IMG/VR virus record: IMGVR_UViG_3300047440_000580
Location: 2,332 to 66,331 of that record
DNA length: 64,000 bases
Direction: 5' to 3' (one strand)
DNA from: a virus
The notes under the pieces are model-generated. The model had not been told where the DNA came from. It saw only the letters and a program-made list of their open reading frames with translations, and searched no databases. This document shows positions 28,896 through 34,984 of the stretch, piece by piece. A program made the position numbers and the translations under genes. Every line of letters starts with the position of its first letter. Positions within the stretch are counted from its first letter, which is position 1.

Positions 28896-28991
28896 TTTCT
28901 TATAAGTAGAGACTCTCACGCTTTCTGACCAAATCTAGTTGTCGTGTGATAGGTATCTTGTACCCAGTCCACCTGAAAGGAGGTGACTTTC

Positions 28992-29144
28992 ATGCAAATG
29001 TTGACGCTAGCAGTACTACTAGGCCTTGCCGCGGGCGCGGCCTACCTCGGAGGTTCCAGACTCTGGGGATGGCTGAAGGGAGCGGAGGAGAAGGTCGTCG
29101 AGGAAGCGAAGAAGGTCGAGGAAGAGGTGAAGAGCAAGCTCTGA
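28992..29144 (+). CDS. small membrane protein, 50 aa (not in ORF track)
   Basis: AAAGGAGGTG RBS; MQMLTLAVLLGLAAGAAYLGGSRLWGWLKGAEEKVVEEAKKVEEEVKSKL; terminator follows. Confidence 0.75.
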   Translation: MQMLTLAVLLGLAAGAAYLGGSRLWGWLKGAEEKVVEEAKKVEEEVKSKL

Positions 29145-29161
29145 TCCGATCCCTGAAACAG

Positions 29162-29207
29162 AAAAAGCCCCTGAGAGAGAGAGTGGTCTCCTCAGGGGCT
29201 TTTGTTT
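29162..29207. terminator. bidirectional intrinsic terminator
   Basis: AAAAGCCCCTGAG...CTCAGGGGCTTTT with A/T tracts on both sides; closes the tRNA array and the small + gene. Confidence 0.85.
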
Positions 29208-29282
29208 TGGTAGCGCGTAGGGGTTTTGATCCCCTTCCTTCAGGTTGAGAACCTGACAACCTAGCCAGTAGTCGAACGCGCC
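29208..29282 (-). tRNA. tRNA-Glu(CTC)
   Basis: loop TT-CTC-AA; T-loop ATCAAAA; CCA encoded. Confidence 0.85.
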
Positions 29283-29288
29283 GTAAGA

Positions 29289-29400
29289 TGTGCCGTCGTG
29301 GAGTCGAACCACGAACCAGTGGCAGCAGTCCGTTCCTTTTCGCCTCCCAAGGCTACTTCAGGACAGAAAGTGGGATCTGTTGCTGGCCCGCCGGGCGGAC
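29289..29400 (-). ncRNA. tRNA-like RNA: T-arm plus long irregular helix, no anticodon arm
   Basis: CGTGG-TTCGACT-CCACG T-arm; CCAG/CAACAG pairs with CTGCTG/CTGG; imperfect acceptor. Confidence 0.45.
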
Positions 29401-29402
29401 TT

Positions 29403-29475
29403 TGGAGGCCATCCAGGGAGTCGAACCCTGCCCACGTGGTTTGCAATCACGTTTGCCCAGCCAGGACTGACGGCC
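29403..29475 (-). tRNA. tRNA-Cys(GCA)
   Basis: loop TT-GCA-AA; U73; CCA. Confidence 0.85.
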
Positions 29476-29489
29476 AATGTTGACGATGT

Positions 29490-29564
29490 TGGAGCCCCCT
29501 CGGAGAATCGAACTCCGACCGCCTGATTACGAAACAGGCATGCTACCATTAGCACCAAGAGGGC
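29490..29564 (-). tRNA. tRNA-Thr(CGT)
   Basis: loop TT-CGT-AA; CCA. Confidence 0.9.
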
Positions 29565-29565
29565 G

Positions 29566-29652
29566 TGGCGGAAAGTAGAGGAATCGAACCTCAGTCGTAA
29601 GACCCAAACGCTTAGCAAGCGCCGCTGGAGTTCCCAGGCCAGATTACTTTCC
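29566..29652 (-). tRNA. tRNA-Ser(GCT)
   Basis: loop TT-GCT-AA; long V-arm; G73; CCA. Confidence 0.9.
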
Positions 29653-29710
29653 AAACCTACCTGGCCTGCGAGCCAGGTGTCCTAGAAGTCGCAGCCCCTA
29701 GGATCTTCAG

Positions 29711-29778
29711 TCGCTCAGGTGAGAATCGAACTCACTGCGCTGGGCTTATGAGGCTCAGCTGGTTCCAAACCCAGAGCG
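29711..29778 (-). tRNA. tRNA-Met/Ile2(CAT)
   Basis: loop CT-CAT-AA; D-arm GGTT-TGG-AACC; no CCA. Confidence 0.7.
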
Positions 29779-29867
29779 GTTGCGGGGGTAGGAGTTGAAC
29801 CTACCATTGCAAGCGTTAGCTCGCGAGGGGTATGAGCCCTCATTGGCCACCTGGGCCTGTCCCCGCT
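29779..29867 (-). tRNA. initiator-type tRNA(CAT) with long variable arm
   Basis: A1:A72 mismatch, GGG/CCC anticodon stem, loop CT-CAT-AC, extra arm GCGAGC-TAAC-GCTTGC. Confidence 0.75.
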
Positions 29868-29879
29868 ATAACTTGAAAC

Positions 29880-29953
29880 TGGAGCCCCGGGAGAGAGTCG
29901 AACTCTCGATTCCTCCTTACCAAGGAGGCGGTTTGCCGTTGACCTACAGGGGC
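29880..29953 (-). tRNA. tRNA-Thr(GGT)
   Basis: loop TT-GGT-AA; CCA. Confidence 0.9.
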
Positions 29954-30036
29954 ATTCTCGAACACCTACGAACGCTTCAGAGCCTTCCCAACCACCTAGG
30001 CCATGGATGTACCTGGCCTGGTGTCACAACACTTCG

Positions 30037-30112
30037 TGGAGCCCCCGGTGAGAATCGAACTCACGTCCCAGGTTTACAAGGCCCGTATTCTTAGCCACTG
30101 AACTACGGGGGC
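30037..30112 (-). tRNA. tRNA-Thr(TGT)
   Basis: loop CT-TGT-AA; CCA. Confidence 0.9.
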
Positions 30113-30172
30113 GATGCGGCTGGGTTCGCGGGCAAGACCACGACCACTTAGCTCCCTGGCGTCGGGAGTACC

Positions 30173-30247
30173 TGGAGCGGGTAGCGGGAATCGAACCCGC
30201 CATTTCTGGTTGGAAGCCAGACGTGTTGCCACTAGCACTACACCCGC
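30173..30247 (-). tRNA. tRNA-Gly(TCC)
   Basis: loop CT-TCC-AA; U73; CCA. Confidence 0.9.
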
Positions 30248-30252
30248 AAAAT

Positions 30253-30350
30253 TGGGAAGATCGGCCGGTATCGCACCGGGCCAGGACGTCTCCCGGCTCA
30301 TCGCGTTTTCGGATTCACAATCCGCTGACTTTTCGTAGTCCACGACCTTC
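30253..30350 (-). tRNA. atypical tRNA-His(GTG) with about 29-nt variable region
   Basis: G-1:C73 8-bp acceptor GAAGGTCG/CGATCTTC, loop TT-GTG-AA, extra hairpin GCCGGGA-GACG-TCCTGGC, T-loop TGCGATA, CCA. Confidence 0.7.
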
Positions 30351-30423
30351 AGAGCGGGATGCGGGAATCGAACCCGCGCTTCAGGCTTGGGAAGCCCGTT
30401 CGCTACCACTACAACAATCCCGC
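30351..30423 (-). tRNA. tRNA-Gly(CCC)
   Basis: loop TT-CCC-AA; no CCA. Confidence 0.85.
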
Positions 30424-30544
30424 AACGTGTGACAACCGGCTTTGACCCCTTGCAAGGGGGTTCCCACGCCACATCCCGCTGGATAATCGCGAATCACCAG
30501 ACGAGAAGGCCGGCCAAGCTTTAAGACCTCCAAAAGGGCCACAC

Positions 30545-30618
30545 TGGTGCGGGTAGAGAGAATCGAACTCTCGCTTCGGACTTGGCAAGCCCGTTCGCTA
30601 CCATTACAACATACCCGC
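30545..30618 (-). tRNA. tRNA-Gly(GCC)
   Basis: loop TT-GCC-AA; A73; CCA. Confidence 0.9.
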
Positions 30619-30622
30619 GAAA

Positions 30623-30690
30623 TGGAGGGGACCCGACGGCTCTCACGTCTTCGAGCGGTTGGGCGCCGCCAGGTGTTTCCCACTGTCCCC
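30623..30690 (-). ncRNA. highly degenerate tRNA-Gly-like cloverleaf with CCA
   Basis: GGGGAC/GTCCCC acceptor, U73, CCA; loop CG-CCC-AA; T-loop TGAGAGC. Confidence 0.5.
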
Positions 30691-30691
30691 G

Positions 30692-30766
30692 TGGTCTGAG
30701 AGGTGGGATTCGAACCCACGGCCTCCTGGCTCCAGACCAGGCCGTCTACCGCTGACTTACTCCCAG
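30692..30766 (-). tRNA. tRNA-Pro(TGG)
   Basis: loop TC-TGG-AG; CCA. Confidence 0.85.
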
Positions 30767-30823
30767 ATGATGCCCTGTTCGTCCCACCACACTGCGTGGG
30801 CACTGCGTCCAGGCTACGTAGAG

Positions 30824-30896
30824 TCGGGATGGTGAGTTTCGATCTCACGACCTCGTGTCCCCCAGACACGCGCGCTCCCAGCTGCGCCACACCCCG
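30824..30896 (-). tRNA. tRNA-Pro(GGG)
   Basis: loop CT-GGG-GG; T-loop ATCGAAA; no CCA. Confidence 0.85.
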
Positions 30897-30905
30897 TTGC
30901 TGAAT

Positions 30906-30980
30906 TGGTCTGGATGGGTGGAATCGAACCACCTACGTCCTCGCTCCGAAGGAGGGTGTCTACCAATGACTTACATCCAG
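30906..30980 (-). tRNA. tRNA-Pro(CGG)
   Basis: loop TT-CGG-AG; CCA. Confidence 0.8.
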
Positions 30981-30981
30981 A

Positions 30982-31050
30982 TGGTCCCGAATGCCGAGTT
31001 GAACGGCTCCCCCGGTTTGACCCGGTGTGCTGACGTTACACTAACTAAGG
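30982..31050 (-). pseudogene. degenerate tRNA (Asp-like, 6-nt anticodon loop)
   Basis: T-arm GCCG-TTCAACT-CGGC, CCA, mismatched acceptor, loop GTCAAA. Confidence 0.5.
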
Positions 31051-31052
31051 GA

Positions 31053-31129
31053 TGGTCGGAAATACACGATTCGAACGTGCGGCCTCTCGGACCCGAACCG
31101 AGCGCTCTACCAGGCTGAGCTAATTTCCG
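31053..31129 (-). tRNA. tRNA-Pro(CGG), second copy
   Basis: loop TT-CGG-GT; CCA. Confidence 0.9.
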
Positions 31130-31133
31130 GGAC

Positions 31134-31511
31134 TTACAACTTTGAAGGCATCAGAGGGGGGAGGGCTGGAGGGACATTGTCTGTTGCAACGCTCCCGTCC
31201 GTTTCGCTTGGCCCTTCCCAGATGGTGCCGTATCCTTGCCTGTACGCCATGTCCAGGACCTTCTGCATCTTGGCGCAGTTTTCCTTGGTCATGCTCGTGC
31301 AGTCCCACCCCATGTCGTGCTCCCAGCCGAGCTGGAACACGTACTTGAAGGCGGTCCAGACTCGCTTCCAGAATCCCTTCCAGTTGCGGTGCTGGTAGTG
31401 AAGAGTCATGCCGATCTCGACGTCGTACTCGGCGACGGCCATGTGACCCTTGGTCCCACAGTCGCACTCGATGTACTCACGCGTGATCTCTACTTGAGGC
31501 TTCACTTTCAT
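31134..31511 (-). CDS. hypothetical protein inside tRNA array
   Basis: 125 aa; A of ATG is the terminal A of tRNA-Gln CCA. Confidence 0.7.
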   Translation of the reverse strand: MKVKPQVEITREYIECDCGTKGHMAVAEYDVEIGMTLHYQHRNWKGFWKRVWTAFKYVFQLGWEHDMGWDCTSMTKENCAKMQKVLDMAYRQGYGTIWEGPSETDGSVATDNVPPALPPLMPSKL

Positions 31512-31585
31512 GGTTCCCCCACAACGGTTCGAACGTTGATCGTCTGAGTCAGAGTCAGGTGTCCTGCCAGTTGGACGATAGGGGA
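31511..31585 (-). tRNA. tRNA-Gln(CTG)
   Basis: loop CT-CTG-AC; CCA. Confidence 0.9.
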
Positions 31586-31589
31586 ATAA

Positions 31590-32402
31590 CTATTCTTCTA
31601 CGAGCTCCGAGAAATCCTCGGGCTTGGCATTCTTCGCGTCTTCGCAGCTCTTCATGAGCTCCTTCTCCTTCTCGTCGCGACGATTGGGAGACCAGAAGAA
31701 GCAGAGCTCGTTGAAGAGTCCGTAGAGGAACTCGCCGAGCTCGTAGGTGACGCGGACGTCCGTGTTCTCGTAGCCGTCCGTCGTCCTGTCCGAGACCCAA
31801 CTGAGCCCGCGCTCAAACTTCTTGGAGCCCTTCCGCTTGAAGCCCATCTTCTTGGGCTTCTGCTTCTTCCACTTGTGCTTGCACAGCACCACGGTCTGCT
31901 TCATCGTGAGAGGCAGGTTGAGCAGGTAGGCCCAGGGCGTGAATTCGATCGCGTAGGAGTTTCCACGCTTCTCCAAGGGTACGTCCTCGCATCCTTCCTC
32001 CCAGTATGCTCCGATTCCGTGAGCAGAGACCGTATGGTCCTGCATGTCCCATTTCTCGATGTCGTCGTAGTTCGACATCTCGTAGTACTTGTAGACTTCG
32101 ATCGCCGTCAGCTTCGACTTGCGGTCGGGGTCGCGCTTGGCCACCACGTTCTCGTCCTTGAGGTACTCGTCCAGGTTCGCGTGACAGAGCTTCGCGACCA
32201 GGTCCAGCACCAGCGGATCGAACTTCTTGAGGACGGCGACCAGATCCTTCAGCCGGACCTTGCCCTTGATCTCCAGGCCGTGGTGCCAGGCTTCGAGGAA
32301 GAGGTGAGTCGTGGTGTTGATCTTCCACGTCTTGTACTTCTTCTTCTTGCCGTCCCACTCGCTGGCCCAGAACCCGTCCTTCTTGAGGATGACTTTGTCC
32401 AT
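31590..32402 (-). CDS. hypothetical protein inside tRNA array
   Basis: 270 aa, phage-like codon pattern; ATG abuts tRNA-Arg CCA. Confidence 0.75.
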   Translation of the reverse strand: MDKVILKKDGFWASEWDGKKKKYKTWKINTTTHLFLEAWHHGLEIKGKVRLKDLVAVLKKFDPLVLDLVAKLCHANLDEYLKDENVVAKRDPDRKSKLTAIEVYKYYEMSNYDDIEKWDMQDHTVSAHGIGAYWEEGCEDVPLEKRGNSYAIEFTPWAYLLNLPLTMKQTVVLCKHKWKKQKPKKMGFKRKGSKKFERGLSWVSDRTTDGYENTDVRVTYELGEFLYGLFNELCFFWSPNRRDEKEKELMKSCEDAKNAKPEDFSELVEE

Positions 32403-32478
32403 TGGTACTCCTATCCAGAGTCGAACTGGAATCCCACCCTTAGGAGGGGCGTGCTCGGATCCATTGAGCTATAGGAGC
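32403..32478 (-). tRNA. tRNA-Arg(CCT)
   Basis: loop CT-CCT-AA; CCA. Confidence 0.9.
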
Positions 32479-32492
32479 ATTATACCACAGAT

Positions 32493-32939
32493 TCATTTCT
32501 TTGTAACGGCAATCGCATACATTTCGCCGTTTGGCTTACGCCACCTGCGGAGAAGGCCTCTGATATCTAGTACGTGGATACCATTTTCCCGCTTGTTCTT
32601 TTTCGTCCGCTCGGAGTCCACGATCAAGAACCTGTCCCCGATCGTGCAGGCGATCACCGCCCAGTGGGTGTCCCCGTCGCAGGCCATGATGAGAGGGCAT
32701 CCCTTGCCGAGGTACTTCTTCAGGGCCGCCTTGGCGTGGGTGGCCTTGGTCGTCTCGTACACCTCTGAAGTGTAGCCGAGGTGATCCAAGGCATTCAACA
32801 CCCCTGCCTCCGTGGTGCCGTCGTCGTCCGTGCCGGCGAGCTGGCGTAGACGGTGTTCCCCGACATTCTTCCCGAAGAGCTTCAGGACGTTCCGGATGGA
32901 CGCCGCCCCGCATGAGTTCTTCGTCTCCTGGAACCTCAT
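32493..32939 (-). CDS. C39-family cysteine peptidase
   Basis: QE..NSCGAAS, GTT, HWAVI, LIVDS catalytic pattern. Confidence 0.8.
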   Translation of the reverse strand: MRFQETKNSCGAASIRNVLKLFGKNVGEHRLRQLAGTDDDGTTEAGVLNALDHLGYTSEVYETTKATHAKAALKKYLGKGCPLIMACDGDTHWAVIACTIGDRFLIVDSERTKKNKRENGIHVLDIRGLLRRWRKPNGEMYAIAVTKK

Positions 32940-32949
32940 ACGATAAATA

Positions 32950-33025
32950 TGGTCTCCTCGGAGGGATTCGAACCCCCACCCCTGGGCTTAGAAGTCCCGG
33001 ATCTGGCCACTTGAATTACGAGGAG
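32950..33025 (-). tRNA. tRNA-Arg(TCT)
   Basis: loop CT-TCT-AA; CCA. Confidence 0.85.
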
Positions 33026-33026
33026 G

Positions 33027-33101
33027 TGGTGGAGCCACCGGGAATCGAACCCGGGTCTGAACCTTGCGAAGGTCCCGTTCTACCGCTGTCACTATGGCCC
33101 C
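33027..33101 (-). tRNA. tRNA-Ala(CGC)
   Basis: loop TT-CGC-AA; G3:U70; CCA. Confidence 0.9.
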
Positions 33102-33337
33102 GTGAAGAACTCTTCGAACTTGTCCAGAACCAGACTTTCCGAGCGGTCGTACTTCTCGCAGAAACCGTCTTGGTGGACGCTGAGGAACCGCGTCTCTTTG
33201 TGCTTCGCGTGTTCGTAGGTGTTCTCGGCGCAGTAGCCGAAGTTCCCTAGGGGGAAGTCACCGTGTCGACATGTTTTGCACGTAGGACTGATTCGGTACT
33301 TCAACTCCCGCAACACTTTCAGCTTGTTCTGGTCCAT
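33092..33337 (-). CDS. Cys-rich hypothetical protein inside tRNA array
   Basis: 81 aa CKTCRH..C..C; ATG overlaps tRNA-Val CCA; stop inside tRNA-Ala 5' end. Confidence 0.65.
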   Translation of the reverse strand: MDQNKLKVLRELKYRISPTCKTCRHGDFPLGNFGYCAENTYEHAKHKETRFLSVHQDGFCEKYDRSESLVLDKFEEFFTGP

Positions 33338-33812
33338 GGTGTCCCCGGATGGAATCGAACCATCGTCTCCACCTTGTCACGGTGGTGTGCTCCCATTTTA
33401 CCACGGGGACTTCTTTTTGTACAACGGTCATGATGATCGGCTCGAACCCGTTGTGCTTCAGGAGTCGCGCGGTCTTGATCGTCAGATCTACACATCCTCG
33501 CCAGATGCCTGGGTCGGACGCCTTCCTCTTGATCACCCAGCGTCTTCCGACGTTGGCGCCGTAGGGCCCGTGGTCGACCACCTTGGCCACTACCACCTTG
33601 CCTGTCCGGGGGTTTTCGAGCTTCACCCGGGTGCCGCAGGGGAGGTCCCTGTGGGCGATCCCGATGTCGTCCGGTCCGAGCTCTCTGTGGAGGCAGACTG
33701 CTTCGCCTCCCTTCAGTTCGTCGTCCTCCCATCCGAAGATCGATGCGTTGCACGGAGTCGGGGGAGGGGGCGCGCTCATGAAGAGAGCGATCAAAGCTGT
33801 CAGTAGATCCAC
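33258..33812 (-). CDS. RlpA-like (DPBB) lytic transglycosylase family protein
   Basis: AHRDLPCGTRVKLEN..GKVVVAKVVDHGPY...VDLT; N-terminal hydrophobic segment; frame runs through tRNA-Val. Confidence 0.7.
   Translation of the reverse strand: MDLLTALIALFMSAPPPPTPCNASIFGWEDDELKGGEAVCLHRELGPDDIGIAHRDLPCGTRVKLENPRTGKVVVAKVVDHGPYGANVGRRWVIKRKASDPGIWRGCVDLTIKTARLLKHNGFEPIIMTVVQKEVPVVKWEHTTVTRWRRWFDSIRGHHGPEQAESVAGVEVPNQSYVQNMSTR
33337..33410 (-). tRNA. tRNA-Val(GAC)
   Basis: loop GT-GAC-AA; CCA. Confidence 0.85.
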
Positions 33813-33838
33813 ATCGGACCAGCCTTTCTGCCTGAGAG

Positions 33839-33913
33839 TGGTGGAGCTAACGGGGGTCGAACCCGTAATACCGGTCTGCCGAACCAGCGTGTTCCCATTA
33901 GCACTATAGCCCC
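33839..33913 (-). tRNA. tRNA-Ala(GGC)
   Basis: loop TC-GGC-AG; G3:U70; CCA. Confidence 0.85.
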
Positions 33914-33942
33914 ATTGTAACACGGAAACTTCTAAAAGTAAA

Positions 33943-34017
33943 TGGTGCCCTCCCACGGAACCGACCCGTGATCCCTGGGGTTTCAATCCAGTGCTCTTCC
34001 GATTGAGCTAAGAGGGC
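33943..34017 (-). tRNA. tRNA-Phe(GAA)
   Basis: loop TT-GAA-AC; T-loop GTCGGTT; CCA. Confidence 0.8.
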
Positions 34018-34026
34018 ATGATGAAG

Positions 34027-34102
34027 TGGTGACGCGTATGGGTTTTGATCCCATTCCTCCTGCTTGAAAGGCAGGCCACCTAGCCAGTAGTAAGAACGCG
34101 CC
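34027..34102 (-). tRNA. tRNA-Glu(TTC)
   Basis: loop CT-TTC-AA; T-loop ATCAAAA; CCA. Confidence 0.85.
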
Positions 34103-34103
34103 G

Positions 34104-34181
34104 TGGCCCCACGTACGGGAATCGAACCCGTCTTCCTCTTCCGTGACAGGGAAGTGCCGCCTGCCAGGCGGCTCACATGGG
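34104..34181 (-). tRNA. tRNA-Asp(GTC)
   Basis: loop CT-GTC-AC; G73; CCA. Confidence 0.85.
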
Positions 34182-34187
34182 AAATCT

Positions 34188-34286
34188 TGGTACCCCCGTA
34201 GGGAATCGAACCCTAGTCGTCACGCTTAAAAGGCGTGCTTCCGTCGCTGCCCTTAGGTGAGCAGGCCGTATCCATCGGGCGGGGGC
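34188..34286 (-). tRNA. tRNA-Lys(TTT) with greatly expanded D region
   Basis: loop CT-TTT-AA; about 42 nt between acceptor and anticodon stems incl. hairpin CTGCTC-ACCTAA-GGGCAG; CCA. Confidence 0.75.
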
Positions 34287-34287
34287 A

Positions 34288-34377
34288 TGGTACACGCGCT
34301 AGGGATCGAACCTAGTCTGAGCCGGTAATCTGCCGGAAAGGATCTATAAGGTCCCTCTGACTCCAAGTCTCGCGTGC
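34288..34377 (-). tRNA. tRNA-Ile(TAT) with extra arm carrying a GAT loop
   Basis: loop CT-TAT-AG; second arm CCGG-CAGATTA-CCGG; D-arm GACT-TGG-AGTC; CCA. Confidence 0.7.
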
Positions 34378-34378
34378 G

Positions 34379-34454
34379 TGGTGAACCAGGTGGGGGTCGA
34401 ACCCACAGCCAATGGATTAAGAATCCACTGCTCTGCCAGTTGAGCTTCTGGTCC
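34379..34454 (-). tRNA. tRNA-Lys(CTT), canonical
   Basis: loop TT-CTT-AA; CCA. Confidence 0.9.
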
Positions 34455-34457
34455 AAA

Positions 34458-34545
34458 TGGTCCCCCGACTGGGAATCGAACCCAGATCACACGGCTTAAG
34501 AGGCCGGTCGATGTGCCGTTAGGCTTCCAATCATCGGGCCAGGGG
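34458..34545 (-). tRNA. tRNA-Lys(CTT) with expanded D region
   Basis: loop CT-CTT-AA; CGATG/CATCG stem enclosing GCC-TAAC-GGC hairpin; CCA. Confidence 0.75.
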
Positions 34546-34548
34546 ATG

Positions 34549-34627
34549 TGGCGTATCCTCTAGGAATCGAACCTAGCTTGACGTGAGTTAACAGCTCACC
34601 GCAATCAACCAGACATGCCAAGGATAC
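34549..34627 (-). tRNA. tRNA-Asn(GTT)
   Basis: loop CT-GTT-AA; G73; CCA. Confidence 0.85.
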
Positions 34628-34631
34628 AAAG

Positions 34632-34707
34632 TGGCTCCAGGGGCAGGCTTCGAACCCGCATCTTCTCCATTAACAGTGGAGCGGCTTACCAGTTAGCCTA
34701 CCTTGGA
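34632..34707 (-). tRNA. tRNA-Asn(GTT), second copy
   Basis: loop CT-GTT-AA; CCA. Confidence 0.9.
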
Positions 34708-34708
34708 A

Positions 34709-34786
34709 TGGTACCCCAGACGGGATTCGAACCCGCACATCCTGCGGTCTGAACGCAGTGACTCCTACCAATTGGTCTACCGGGGC
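34709..34786 (-). tRNA. tRNA-Leu(CAG), short variable loop
   Basis: loop TT-CAG-AC; CCA. Confidence 0.85.
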
Positions 34787-34789
34787 AAA

Positions 34790-34866
34790 TGCAGGGGCGT
34801 GCTACACATCATACACCAACTCGTGCATAGAGGTCACGAGTCCTGGGTCGGTCCAGGTTCTCCCCT
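34790..34866 (-). ncRNA. cloverleaf-like RNA of unclear identity
   Basis: AGGGG/CCCCT closing stem, CCTGG/CCAGG arm, ACTCGTG-ACCTCTATG-CACGAGT arm; no TTC T-loop. Confidence 0.4.
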
Positions 34867-34868
34867 TC

Positions 34869-34945
34869 TGTGCTCTTGATGAGATTCGAACTCACACCTG
34901 TCAGCCTTCTCAGGACTGTGCCTCTACCAATTGGGCTACAAGAGC
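34869..34945 (-). tRNA. tRNA-Leu(GAG), short variable loop
   Basis: loop CT-GAG-AA. Confidence 0.85.
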
Positions 34946-34984
34946 GTCGCCGGTGTTTTAGCTGCTTTACCGGTAGCAGTATAG

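Noticed and set aside
34790-34866. Amber suppressor tRNA and stop-codon recoding
   Set aside because: The CUCUA lies in a 9-nt loop with no T-loop consensus. Genes read intact under code 11 and several end in TAG, so there is no sign of reassignment.
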